Below the pieces are notes generated by a model. It saw nothing but the letters and a program-made list of their open reading frames with translations, did no database searches and was not told the origin of the DNA. The translations under genes were made by a program, and so were the position numbers. A stretch of DNA of 64,000 nucleotides from an uncultured virus (IMG/VR IMGVR_UViG_3300006789_000015) (Duplodnaviria; Heunggongvirae; Uroviricota; Caudoviricetes): IMG/VR virus record IMGVR_UViG_3300006789_000015; one strand, written 5' to 3'. Shown one piece after another: positions 18,213 to 27,750 of this stretch. The stretch's first letter is position 1, and every line of letters begins with the position of its first letter.

Positions 18213-18482
18213 TTAATTATTTACGATTCTTTTTTTTGTATTAAACTTATTTAGGAGTCTTGATACCCCTACTATTTCTATGCCGACTTGAGTATTTACC
18301 TCATCAGTATCTATGGCAACCATATTTCTCTGCTTATCTGAATAAACCATTACTGATCCTACTTGACCTTGAGGTGGAGCTACATAAATATACATAGAAT
18401 CAGAGTCCTCATCGTAAGAGATGCGATTATTAAAATCGTACTCAAGGTATTTACCGTATCCTTTAGGGCTGTCTAGTTTCAT
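18213..18482 (-). CDS. DUF2283-like protein
   Basis: YDEDSDSMYI...D.D....VGIEI. Confidence 0.65.
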   Translation of the reverse strand: MKLDSPKGYGKYLEYDFNNRISYDEDSDSMYIYVAPPQGQVGSVMVYSDKQRNMVAIDTDEVNTQVGIEIVGVSRLLNKFNTKKRIVNN

Positions 18483-19401
18483 GGTATAATCTATAAATTA
18501 AAATTGCTATAGCAATATCTTCAATAGCTACTCCGGTAGAATCAAAAACAGATACTCCTCTATTTAACTGCATAGTTTCATGATTTTTAATTAAATGCTC
18601 TAAAGAATTAATGTCTAAACAAGGCCATTCATTATACTGTAATTCTCCAGAATGCAATGCTTGTCGTGGGTCATCGCAAATAATATTTGCCGAACCGTCA
18701 ATTACGTTTGTCATTAACTCTCTCTTACCGACTGCATCAGCACCGATAGCGTTGATATGACAATCAGTTTTGACATCATGAATATCCAAATAAGGTGATG
18801 TAGATGGTGTAAGAGTAGTAATAACATCTGCATATTTAACCGCTTCCTTTACTGATTCGTGTCTACCCCAAGCGTAACAAAGATTTTCTCTACCAAGCCA
18901 ATTAAACATTTGATACATGGGGCTTTCATTCGTATCGTAAAGCTGTATGTCCAACTTCATGTGGCTTTGGCAAATCGCTTCATAAGCTTCGATGTGATAC
19001 CTTCCCTGTAATCCGCAGCCAATTATTGCAAACTGTTCTGCGTCTGGAGCGCAATATTTCGCGGCAATGGCTGAAGTCACGGCAGTTCTATAGGCCGTAA
19101 GCGTGGCGCAATCCATGCCGAGTAGGGGTACGCCCGTTTCTCTGTCACTTAGAATAAGCGAACCATTTATAGTACGCTCTGGAATTTGCCGATTATCTGG
19201 AAACACTCCAATCCATTTTACCGCAGCATATTTTTTATACGCCACTGGCATAATTCTAAAATCTCCACCCTCACCTTGAAGATATGTCTTCTCAGGCATC
19301 AATACAGATTCATCAAGAAAAGCCTCCTCGATGGCCTCTGCGATCTGAAGCCACTTATCTTGCAGTAAGTCTTTAACCTGTAAATCTTCTAGGTATATCA
19401 T
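18463..19401 (-). CDS. ornithine cyclodeaminase/mu-crystallin/AlaDH family
   Basis: LTAYRTA, IIGCGLQG, HINAIGAD, FDSTGVAIEDIA. Confidence 0.9.
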   Translation of the reverse strand: MIYLEDLQVKDLLQDKWLQIAEAIEEAFLDESVLMPEKTYLQGEGGDFRIMPVAYKKYAAVKWIGVFPDNRQIPERTINGSLILSDRETGVPLLGMDCATLTAYRTAVTSAIAAKYCAPDAEQFAIIGCGLQGRYHIEAYEAICQSHMKLDIQLYDTNESPMYQMFNWLGRENLCYAWGRHESVKEAVKYADVITTLTPSTSPYLDIHDVKTDCHINAIGADAVGKRELMTNVIDGSANIICDDPRQALHSGELQYNEWPCLDINSLEHLIKNHETMQLNRGVSVFDSTGVAIEDIAIAILIYRLYHETRQP

Positions 19402-19970
19402 TCCGGTTTATTTTGAAAATCAGAAGGAAGCAGTTCATGAAAATACCATTCTTGTTTTTGAGATTCACTTCCTTCACCTTTGTTCTTGGATTTCTCCCCC
19501 TCATTCCCTTTACCCTTTTTGCCACCTCTTGTTATTTTCCCCATCACTGGTTGGCCTTGTTTTAACCTCCCTTTAACACCCTTTTCTAACTGTTCGTGAA
19601 GGCCGCGACTATACTTTAGCCCATACAAACGAGGCTCAATTCTCTCATAGCGATACCCGAAAAATCGACCTAAGAAATTGGATTTAGGTTTATCTGCTGA
19701 CTCTGCTAAAATATAAATCCTGCCTTTATGGTTGAGAGCCTTATTTGGTTCTTTAATTATAACCCAATGTATAACCAATTTTTCAGGCATATCATCTTCT
19801 AAAGAAGGCCAACCTAAAAAGGTGTGTATAGATGACCAAAAAATAACCGTGAACAAACAAAAGGTCGCTATACAGGCTGTTTTAAAATACCACTTCAATT
19901 TGGACTCGTTTAAAATCCAAAAACTTAAACCTCCGAAAATTAATAATAAAATTGGTAATGCTATATTCAT
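19398..19970 (-). CDS. two-TM membrane protein, possible partner of ExbBD-like pair
   Basis: Two N-terminal TMs, GWP, EPRLYGLKY..LHE, Gly/Lys tail. Confidence 0.65.
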   Translation of the reverse strand: MNIALPILLLIFGGLSFWILNESKLKWYFKTACIATFCLFTVIFWSSIHTFLGWPSLEDDMPEKLVIHWVIIKEPNKALNHKGRIYILAESADKPKSNFLGRFFGYRYERIEPRLYGLKYSRGLHEQLEKGVKGRLKQGQPVMGKITRGGKKGKGNEGEKSKNKGEGSESQKQEWYFHELLPSDFQNKPE

Positions 19971-19985
19971 TTCACATTTGTCCGT

Positions 19986-20270
19986 CTATTTGTAAAGTTC
20001 ACTTGCCTTTTTTAAATCGTACCCATCTTCTTTAGCTAGACCCTTTTCGAGTAGCTCTATAAAAAACTCTTGCACCCCCTTTTTGCTAACTCGCTTACGG
20101 TTTTTTTCTTTCTTAAAGAGTTCGTCAAAAGCTTTGTTGGTAGAAATTTCCATAGAGCAGGTTTCATCTGGGTTATCTTTAACGTCATGTATATAAACCC
20201 TCGGAAAATCACTGGCCATGACTTCATCAAAAGATTCGTCGTTAAGCGGTATTCCTTTATGCTTCTTCAT
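19986..20270 (-). CDS. hypothetical protein (MKKHKG start; in frame with truncated upstream gene)
   Basis: ATGTA-N8-ATG before 20270. Confidence 0.55.
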   Translation of the reverse strand: MKKHKGIPLNDESFDEVMASDFPRVYIHDVKDNPDETCSMEISTNKAFDELFKKEKNRKRVSKKGVQEFFIELLEKGLAKEDGYDLKKASELYK

Positions 20271-20389
20271 AACGTGTATACATCTAAGTAATATGCTACC
20301 GTCCTCATTATAAAAGACTTCGTGGACGCTGTACCAAGTGTTTCCATTCTTTTCGTGCTTTATGATTCTATTGTTCCACATCTATTTTC

Positions 20390-20677
20390 TCAAAATGTTC
20401 CTGAGCTTGGTAAATTATTGAACCTGTGTTGTAATTCTTTTTTTTTATTTTCAATGATCCAATTATGAAGAGTGCTGCTACCATGCCCGTACCCATAAGG
20501 CAATCGACGATGATCTTTAGTTTGTATTTCTGGAGGCTCACCCCAATTAGTGGGGAATGGCAAACCGCTAGGACTGTAATAAATGGTCGGTTCACATACT
20601 GGACAACAACATCCAGCCAAAAAGAAAGTTAACCAGACTAGCACTAGACTCAATATTAATAATAATATTTTTTTCAT
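20390..20677 (-). CDS. putative lipoprotein
   Basis: Signal peptide with lipobox LAGC. Confidence 0.65.
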   Translation of the reverse strand: MKKILLLILSLVLVWLTFFLAGCCCPVCEPTIYYSPSGLPFPTNWGEPPEIQTKDHRRLPYGYGHGSSTLHNWIIENKKKELQHRFNNLPSSGTF

Positions 20678-21180
20678 AACTTCAACATCTCTTGCAGTTT
20701 ATCCCAAGTTTCTTCTACATCGTTATCCGTATTTAATACGTGATCTGGGCCTCCATCCTCAAAATCATCAACATGATATTCCCTTCTTAAATCTCTCGTT
20801 GATTCTAGTAAAATCTCTACCACTTCATCTTTATTATTATTTTTTAATTCTTTTCGTAAATGCTCGTAAGGGTTAACTAGGCACATAACTACGTCGGTTT
20901 CATTATTTACTGTGACGCCATCAATATGATTCTCATCCTTCTCATCACGAACATAAATGCACATCCAGTCATTATTTTGCCCTTTTTTATTTAGGTAAGT
21001 GACTACCGCGTTTGCATTTCTAATATTTTCTTCACGACCATCTCTACCGTAATTCTTATTTGTAAACATCTCCCTAAATTCATCACCATCTATAAGAAAA
21101 GGGGTTTCGAGAGATTTTGCTAACAATTTACCAAGAGTAGTCTTGCCTGAAGCGGGTTGTCCATATAATATATAAATCAT
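20674..21180 (-). CDS. adenylylsulfate-kinase (CysC)-like P-loop kinase
   Basis: GQPASGKTT, IDGDEFR, YGRDGREENIR. Confidence 0.75.
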   Translation of the reverse strand: MIYILYGQPASGKTTLGKLLAKSLETPFLIDGDEFREMFTNKNYGRDGREENIRNANAVVTYLNKKGQNNDWMCIYVRDEKDENHIDGVTVNNETDVVMCLVNPYEHLRKELKNNNKDEVVEILLESTRDLRREYHVDDFEDGGPDHVLNTDNDVEETWDKLQEMLKL

Positions 21181-21186
21181 AATTTT

Positions 21187-21390
21187 TTATTTTGCAGAGT
21201 ATCTTTTGTACCCCCACCACACGTTTCTCAAATAGTAACTTAATTGACTAGCTTCTGTCCATTCATTATTATCTTTTAATTTTTGAATTTCCCCTTCCGT
21301 CAATTTGACCTTTCTGCAAAAGTCTTTACGCCTAGAGTAAGGGGGGATATAAGAAGGTCTTAATCCATTTGCTGAAGCTTTCATTTCCAA
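21187..21390 (-). CDS. hypothetical protein
   Basis: Small ORF. Confidence 0.5.
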   Translation of the reverse strand: MEMKASANGLRPSYIPPYSRRKDFCRKVKLTEGEIQKLKDNNEWTEASQLSYYLRNVWWGYKRYSAK

Positions 21391-21791
21391 TGATCTTTGA
21401 TGACACTTACACTAGATTGCCCTAAATACCAAATTTGACAGCTATATTTACCTAATTGCGGCCAATCCATGACATTTTGAATCATAAATAGTTCGTTTTT
21501 GGCATATTCATTATCGTTAAGGAATGTGAATATACACTGTAGTCTTAGGTGTCCATCTTCAACTAGGCTTACTATTACTTCAGGCTTTACTTTCGTCAAG
21601 CCCCCGACAACTCTCTGGCAATATTTTTTGCCGACGTCTGGATTTTTAGTCATCTTAATAGACTCTAAATCCACACCCTTCTCTGCTAAACCATTAAGTA
21701 GTAAATGATATACGTATTTATCATGAAAATTTTCTAATTTTTCGTAGAATATACTTTCGGTTTGCGCTTCGTATATATATTGTTCCGCCAA
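21381..21791 (-). CDS. hypothetical protein
   Basis: 136 aa ORF. Confidence 0.6.
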   Translation of the reverse strand: MAEQYIYEAQTESIFYEKLENFHDKYVYHLLLNGLAEKGVDLESIKMTKNPDVGKKYCQRVVGGLTKVKPEVIVSLVEDGHLRLQCIFTFLNDNEYAKNELFMIQNVMDWPQLGKYSCQIWYLGQSSVSVIKDHWK

Positions 21792-21893
21792 CTATATCGT
21801 TTTCTTTTAAGCCTTGCGTTCTCCATCTCCAAATCATTAATTTTGGATTCTAGCTTTGAAATTTTCCACTTTAGCATATGTGATCTATCCATT

Positions 21894-22481
21894 TTATTCT
21901 TCTAGTGGGTTAACCAGATTAGCTGGTAATTCGTTTATTTCTGTGATTTCCCCCTCTTTAGTTGTTCTAAAACGAAATGCCGTTTTTTCTTGCCCTGTAG
22001 ATTCGAAAATAATTTCCTTTTTTCTTATCTCTTTGTAAGGTTTTATTTTTAATAGTTGGATGGTCGCCTTAATTGGCTTCTCATCTTTTTTCAAATAAAC
22101 GTGTACCGTAACAATATTTTCTCCTTCCGTAACCCCCCTGAAGGAAACAATCTCTTCGTGAAATTTTACTATCTGCCCACCTTCTTCGGGTAAGCTATTA
22201 TTTCTTTTACCTAGTGCGTCATGATCTAAACTAATTAAACTTCCTTCACCGCCCTCCCTTCTATTAAAACTGACTTTATGACCTGAAGCAGATTGAACAT
22301 AAATATCTAAATCATCAGCACTCTCCGCATCCCAAGTCAGTATAACTTCGTAAAGAACATTTGGTGGACGCATTTTAGTTTTTTCTTCTTCCGTTTTCAG
22401 AAGGAAAAGAATTGCAACCAACATTAGTAAGCAGCAAAACAAGACATCAATGAACGGTCTAAATGAAAAAAATCTACGCAT
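21894..22481 (-). CDS. ExbD/TolR-like single-TM protein with YfaP/DUF2135-like soluble domain
   Basis: PFIDVLF TM with Asp; LTWD...DLDIYV...LDHD. Confidence 0.7.
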   Translation of the reverse strand: MRRFFSFRPFIDVLFCCLLMLVAILFLLKTEEEKTKMRPPNVLYEVILTWDAESADDLDIYVQSASGHKVSFNRREGGEGSLISLDHDALGKRNNSLPEEGGQIVKFHEEIVSFRGVTEGENIVTVHVYLKKDEKPIKATIQLLKIKPYKEIRKKEIIFESTGQEKTAFRFRTTKEGEITEINELPANLVNPLEE

Positions 22482-22968
22482 CTTCCTCTAATTTAAATTT
22501 TAAAATCATAAGCTGAACCTGCAAAGGTAAACTAAATACAATGCCGCAAACGGTTGTGTAAAAGGCAGTGTTTAACCCCTCTTTCAATCCAGCTACAATC
22601 TCGCTAGTAGGCAAAGAGCTATCAAGACCTCCTTCAGTAGCTATCACAAGACCAATAATTGTACCAAGTAAACCTAAAGAAAAAAAATGTTCTGCCGCAA
22701 ACCAGCCAATGTCAGCCCGTTTTAATAATTTATTTTTTTTAGCTTCAAAATCTTCTTTTATTTGGTCTGCCTGATAACACAATTTACCTACAAAAGCTGA
22801 AACACAAACATAAAGACCCATGATAAAGAGAGCGATATGAGATAAATCATTTTTAATTATCGTAGATATGATTCCCTTTTCCTCAACAAGAAGGACGGCG
22901 GTTAAAATAACGGCGTTAACGAGAAACCACTTAACAAATGTGGTCATCTTCTTTATAGATATATTCAT
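22474..22968 (-). CDS. MotA/TolQ/ExbB proton-channel family protein
   Basis: LGLLGTIIGL and GLNTAFYTTVCG. Confidence 0.85.
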   Translation of the reverse strand: MNISIKKMTTFVKWFLVNAVILTAVLLVEEKGIISTIIKNDLSHIALFIMGLYVCVSAFVGKLCYQADQIKEDFEAKKNKLLKRADIGWFAAEHFFSLGLLGTIIGLVIATEGGLDSSLPTSEIVAGLKEGLNTAFYTTVCGIVFSLPLQVQLMILKFKLEEDA

Positions 22969-22989
22969 TTTATAAAAATTTTAAATTAA

Positions 22990-23277
22990 TTAAACCCCAC
23001 CAGCATCACTAGTCTTATCGTTCTTATCCCAAAACTTTCGATCTCTTCGATCTCTTTCGTAAAAATCTGTATAGTGACAATTCCCGCCTTCAAATTTTGG
23101 ATAGGTTCGAGGACGGGAGGCTGCCTCTAACTCTTTATCTCTTTGGCGACAAATATTCCACTGTTCTTCTTCGTGCCTTGTCCTATAAAGAGGTAAGTCT
23201 ATAGTCGTTCCTTTGGACAGGATAAACCAACACAATTTCAATCTACTACTCCAAGCTAATTTGTTTTTGTCTCCCAT
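22990..23277 (-). CDS. hypothetical protein
   Basis: Small ORF. Confidence 0.55.
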   Translation of the reverse strand: MGDKNKLAWSSRLKLCWFILSKGTTIDLPLYRTRHEEEQWNICRQRDKELEAASRPRTYPKFEGGNCHYTDFYERDRRDRKFWDKNDKTSDAGGV

Positions 23278-24113
23278 CGTATCATTTCCTTAAAAATATT
23301 TTTTATAACAAATTTTAAATTTCTCCACTCTTTCAATCTCCTTATTACATAAGGTAGCCAACTTTCTCCAAATGGCACGTAAATTCTTACCCTATGACCT
23401 TTATTTTTAAAATCTCTTTGCAGATCACGCCTTACTCCGTAAAGAAATTCATAATCAAAATAATCTGGATTAGGTATTAAATCCCTTATATCTTCTAATA
23501 ACTCTTCGTCATGAGTAGCTATCGCAGGTTCATTCGCTTTACGCGAATACAAGGTAGCAGCTAAATGGTAAAATTGCGCTTCAATTTTATGATCTTCTTG
23601 ATAGGCTATTTCTTTGCTTTCTTTATAAGCACCCTTTACTAGACGCACTGAAACCCTTTTTTTAATTAAATAAAATAAGTCTTTTTCGGTTCTATGAAGA
23701 TTAGCTTGAACCGCCACGCCTACGTTTTCATATTTTTTATTTAAAGATAAAGCTAGATTCCTAGTTAGCTCGGTAAGAGTTGAGTCTTCCATATCTAACC
23801 TAATAGTATGACCAAAACTTTTTGCCTTCTTTGCTATCCCACCTATAAATAGAAGAGAAAGGTGAGGATGAATTTTCATTCCTAATTGAGAAGGTTTTAT
23901 AGAAATGTTAATTTTTTTATTTTTAAAATACTCTATAATCTTTAAATACTGAGAAAAAGCTTTCCTACAATCTTCTTGAGTTTTACTTTCTTCCCCGACG
24001 TAATCTATTGAAACTTCATAACCACTATCTAGCAAATTTTCTATCGTTGACTTTGCAGAATCGAAACTATACCCAGCTATAAAACGTTTCGCCAATGGGT
24101 ACAAAATCTTCAC
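23256..24113 (-). CDS. monofunctional proline dehydrogenase
   Basis: RFIAG, SIKPSQLG, LDMED, RLVKGAY, ATHD, YVPFG..W..Y..RRL.E; GTG 24113 behind TTGTCA-N17-TATTTT. Confidence 0.9.
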   Translation of the reverse strand: MKILYPLAKRFIAGYSFDSAKSTIENLLDSGYEVSIDYVGEESKTQEDCRKAFSQYLKIIEYFKNKKINISIKPSQLGMKIHPHLSLLFIGGIAKKAKSFGHTIRLDMEDSTLTELTRNLALSLNKKYENVGVAVQANLHRTEKDLFYLIKKRVSVRLVKGAYKESKEIAYQEDHKIEAQFYHLAATLYSRKANEPAIATHDEELLEDIRDLIPNPDYFDYEFLYGVRRDLQRDFKNKGHRVRIYVPFGESWLPYVIRRLKEWRNLKFVIKNIFKEMIRWETKTN

Positions 24114-24189
24114 CCATAAAAATACCGCTGTTAAGCATTTTTGACAAATATTTAAAATTTTGTTATTTTTATTGGTAAATGCCCCACTG

Positions 24190-25350
24190 TCACTTATTTT
24201 TACCAAACACTTCGTTTGATTGTTGAGATACTCTTACAAAGGTAGCGCATTTTGGCATATCTTTTAACTCTCTGGCTCCAATATAAGTGCAAGTGCTACG
24301 AATCCCACCAAGAATATTTTCGATAGTATTTTTAATAAGGCCGCGATGCTTTACTCTTACAGTTTTCCCTTCTGAGGAGCGATAACTAGCAACTCCACCA
24401 TGATACTTATTCATAGCCGTATCAGAACTCATTCCATAGAATGTTTTATATTTTTCTCCATCGACTACTTCTTCTTGCCCTGCTGACTCTGTATGACCAG
24501 CAAACATACCCCCCAACATAACAAAATCAGCACCAGCACAAAAGGCTTTTGCGACGTCCCCAGCGCAACAACAACCGCCATCAGACATAATATGCCCACC
24601 AATCCCATGAGCAGCATCGGCGCATTCAATGATCGCGCTGAGTTGAGGATATCCAACACCAGTCTGAATGCGAGTAGTACAAACAGACCCACCACCAATG
24701 CCCACTTTAACAATATCGGCTCCACTTAATAGTATCTCCTCTGTCATTTCGCCAGTAACAACATTACCCGCAATGATAATAAGGGCGGGATGTTCTTCTC
24801 TGACTCGTTTAATAAAATCACAAAACCTTGATGTATATCCATTAGCTGCGTCAATACATACGAATCGTGTGTGGTAAAAATTCCATGTAATATTATTAAG
24901 ATAATCTATATCATCTGTTTTTCGTGGGTCATATTTGATCCCAATAGAAGGAGATATATGCTCATAAATTCTATCCTGCCAACAATCGGAGTCACGGTTA
25001 TACTTCCAATTCTTTTCGTTAGCTTCTCGCTGTTCTTTATTTTTCCAAACCCCATAGCCGTTTAGTTTATGAGCCCAGACGTCTCCATCGTAATGTTTAC
25101 TAATGCAAGTGAGCATACGATACTTGGCAAGAGCTTTAGCGGTTTCAAACGTGCCAGTAGTATCCATATTTGCAGCTACAATAGGAATACCTGTCCAGCC
25201 ATAGCTCGGATTACCAGCACCATCTGCACCAGCATTCTTAAACTTAAAAGTCCGCACCAAATCTACATCGTTACGAGAAGTAAGCTCTGAACGCTTTGGG
25301 CGTAAAAGAACGTCCTTAAAGTCCAACTTTATATCTGGCTCAATTCTCAT
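24190..25350 (-). CDS. guaC: GMP reductase
   Basis: [45 protein letters not shown]. Confidence 0.92.
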   Translation of the reverse strand: MRIEPDIKLDFKDVLLRPKRSELTSRNDVDLVRTFKFKNAGADGAGNPSYGWTGIPIVAANMDTTGTFETAKALAKYRMLTCISKHYDGDVWAHKLNGYGVWKNKEQREANEKNWKYNRDSDCWQDRIYEHISPSIGIKYDPRKTDDIDYLNNITWNFYHTRFVCIDAANGYTSRFCDFIKRVREEHPALIIIAGNVVTGEMTEEILLSGADIVKVGIGGGSVCTTRIQTGVGYPQLSAIIECADAAHGIGGHIMSDGGCCCAGDVAKAFCAGADFVMLGGMFAGHTESAGQEEVVDGEKYKTFYGMSSDTAMNKYHGGVASYRSSEGKTVRVKHRGLIKNTIENILGGIRSTCTYIGARELKDMPKCATFVRVSQQSNEVFGKNK

Positions 25351-25624
25351 GAAAGTTTTGATCCATATCTGGGTCTTCTAAGATGTCACCCTTAATTTTC
25401 ACGAAAGTTTCAAAGTAAGGATTATTGGTATCAATCCAGTCTATTAGCTTTTTAGTGTCTTCTTTTGTCGGATGACCGCCCTGTTCACGCCTAATCTTTG
25501 CTATTAATTCCCCATACTCTTTTGGGAAACTAAACTGAATCCCTTTGGGGGTAAAAGCGATAAGAGCGTCTTTAGGTTCTAAAAGAATTTTCGACCCTTC
25601 TTCGTTAGAATTTAAAACCTTCAT
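25340..25624 (-). CDS. hypothetical protein
   Basis: Coupled ORF. Confidence 0.6.
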   Translation of the reverse strand: MKVLNSNEEGSKILLEPKDALIAFTPKGIQFSFPKEYGELIAKIRREQGGHPTKEDTKKLIDWIDTNNPYFETFVKIKGDILEDPDMDQNFHEN

Positions 25625-25983
25625 TATTTAGGGACGTCCACCACAATCTTATTTGAAGTTTTCTTCTTAAATCTTTTAAGATGACCATCTATTAAATTTT
25701 CTAACCCCTTCATCATTTCCATCATTTCCCCCTCAGTTAGGTCATCGCCTCTAAGCTCCGCTTCTTTTTCCATCGTGACCAGCATTGAACCAATTTGTAA
25801 CGATAAATGGTCTGCGTCTTCACGAGGCATCTCAAGGCTTTGTAATTCGTAAAGCAAGGGAGCTAATCGGACAAAAATTTCACTCATTTTTTCAGCCTCA
25901 TAGTCATCGTAACCTTTTTCTTTTATTCCAGAAAATAGCTCTTTGGAAAGTTCTTCTAAAAATTTATTCTTATCTTTTTCCAT
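25624..25983 (-). CDS. hypothetical protein
   Basis: Coupled ORF. Confidence 0.6.
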   Translation of the reverse strand: MEKDKNKFLEELSKELFSGIKEKGYDDYEAEKMSEIFVRLAPLLYELQSLEMPREDADHLSLQIGSMLVTMEKEAELRGDDLTEGEMMEMMKGLENLIDGHLKRFKKKTSNKIVVDVPK

Positions 25984-25984
25984 T

Positions 25985-26539
25985 TTACATATATTCCACT
26001 TTGCTTAAATCTGTATAAGGTTTCTCTGCAACCCAATGAATCTGTCTACCCGTATCACCATTAAACCAATAGTGGGCTACTTTTATTTCTGTTTCTTTTA
26101 GCACTTCTTCAGTGCCATTTGGCCCCTCTGCAATATCGGGCTTTCTACTAACATAATAAATATCATAAATAGAATCTATAAGATTAGTATCGTCTTTAGC
26201 TCTAACGTGGCAATCAACAAAATCTTGAGCTTCTTCGAGTGTCACAAAATGCAACTTACCTCCGTCCATCCAACCAGCGTAAGGCCATCCTTGATCTTCT
26301 TCAGGGGTCATGTATTCCCTCTGATAAGCAAAGCTACCTCTAGTATTTTCTTTAAATACCCATTCACCCTGACCTCTCTCATAGCAGTAAACTCTATAAT
26401 CCCAACGATACCCACACTCAGGCTGCGGTGTGGTTTCTGTAGGTGTAGGCTCCTTTGGCTCCTCGTATTTGCAAGTAACCGTCCAAGTGGCTAGTGCTGC
26501 TGAAGGTACTGCCGCTTTAATAAAATCTCTTCTGTTCAT
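25985..26539 (-). CDS. hypothetical protein with twin-arginine (Tat) signal
   Basis: MNRRDFIK then hydrophobic stretch. Confidence 0.65.
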   Translation of the reverse strand: MNRRDFIKAAVPSAALATWTVTCKYEEPKEPTPTETTPQPECGYRWDYRVYCYERGQGEWVFKENTRGSFAYQREYMTPEEDQGWPYAGWMDGGKLHFVTLEEAQDFVDCHVRAKDDTNLIDSIYDIYYVSRKPDIAEGPNGTEEVLKETEIKVAHYWFNGDTGRQIHWVAEKPYTDLSKVEYM

Positions 26540-26877
26540 TGGAAAATGGTTTTAAATTCGTGCATGTATTTGGAATTTTCCGGTACTGGGTTAGCGTCAA
26601 ATTTAACCCTGCCCTTTCTCGGTCTTCGACCTCTTCTTTTCTCTTCTGGCTTTTTTTCAAAGTCCCGTTTTATCACCGTATGCATTTCGCAGTCTCTAAC
26701 AGGTCTCGGCTTAGAAAACATAAACTCTAGGATATCGTAATCTCTCTCTATTAACTGAGTATCTTTGACTTTATCTGAGCAATACCAATCTCCTTCATGA
26801 TATTCTACGAATGAAATTTGTTTAGTCTTCTTGTTCGAAAGCGAATAATAACCATTTTTACCAGCAAAACTCTGCAT
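26536..26877 (-). CDS. hypothetical protein
   Basis: ATG 26877 lies 7 nt behind TTGACT-N17-TAGATT (26913-26885). Confidence 0.65.
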   Translation of the reverse strand: MQSFAGKNGYYSLSNKKTKQISFVEYHEGDWYCSDKVKDTQLIERDYDILEFMFSKPRPVRDCEMHTVIKRDFEKKPEEKRRGRRPRKGRVKFDANPVPENSKYMHEFKTIFQ

Positions 26878-26919
26878 GGAGATAAATCTAAAAAGAATAA
26901 AAAAAGAAGTCAAGAATAG

Positions 26920-27031
26920 AAAAAATAGTTGCGTCTTCTTCGGCTATCGCCATACATACTAGCGCAGTTTACGGTATGTAAACTAAGTTCAACGCTGGGC
27001 AATATTTAGGCGTCCAGAAGACGCAACTATT
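26920..27031 (-). ncRNA. candidate rod-shaped ~105-nt ncRNA
   Basis: Perfect 16-bp inverted repeat 26924-26939/27016-27031; own promoter TTGACG-N17-TATTTT (27062-27034); U-run after. Confidence 0.6.
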
Positions 27032-27064
27032 ATAAAATATTATTTATTTTTAGATTCGTCAAGT

Positions 27065-27397
27065 CTAGTTTTCATCCATTTCATCCAGAAAAGACATGTT
27101 GCGGTTTGGGTAAAATTTACAGTTGTATTTCTTGTCTCCATCAATCATTGTGACTCTAATAAACTTTTTTTTACGATTTTCTTTATAGCTGAACAGTGAG
27201 ACTACGTAATTATAAAAGCATTCGTGGCATATCATAATCGTTTTTTCGGACTTCTTTTTGGTGGGAATTTCAAAATATATTATTTTTCTCGCATCATACA
27301 GGATTTTATAGTCACTTTTTGAATAAGTAACGCCACAGGAGGCGCATTTAAATTTGCGCCGCCTTGTCGTATGCGGATTTATAATATTAATTTCCAC
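27065..27397 (-). CDS. Zn-binding hypothetical protein
   Basis: CASC...CHEC. Confidence 0.6.
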   Translation of the reverse strand: MEINIINPHTTRRRKFKCASCGVTYSKSDYKILYDARKIIYFEIPTKKKSEKTIMICHECFYNYVVSLFSYKENRKKKFIRVTMIDGDKKYNCKFYPNRNMSFLDEMDEN

Positions 27398-27465
27398 TAT
27401 ATCTATTTACATCCTATTAACTCAAATAAATAAAAAAACAATTTAATTATAGTGTAATATAATGT

Positions 27466-27750
27466 ATGGATTACCAAATACTAGTCAATATTGCTGTTGG
27501 TATCGTCACTCTCATGGGCGGTTGGGTATTTAAAATGCTTCTTGGTCATATAAACGAAATTAAAGAAGAGCATAATGGTCTCATGAAAAAGCACCATGAA
27601 GACATTGAAAAAATTAGCTCAAAATATACAGACCTCGCACTATCTTTGCCTGAAAAATATGTCAGCAAAGAAGATTTTAAGATGTTTTCTGAGAGGATGA
27701 ATGATAGATTTGACAGGCTAGAAGCAAAAATCGACGATTTAAAAAAATGA
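27466..27750 (+). CDS. small TM + coiled-coil phage protein
   Basis: N-terminal TM, LP..YVSKEDF, RLEAKID; GTGTA-N9-ATG. Confidence 0.7.
   Translation: MDYQILVNIAVGIVTLMGGWVFKMLLGHINEIKEEHNGLMKKHHEDIEKISSKYTDLALSLPEKYVSKEDFKMFSERMNDRFDRLEAKIDDLKK

Noticed and set aside
21894..22968. Zorya defence system
   Set aside because: No long ZorA tail, no OmpA-type domain, no effector genes
26920..27031. SRP RNA or true 6S RNA
   Set aside because: No SRP GNRA/CAGG-AGCA motif; much shorter than typical 6S
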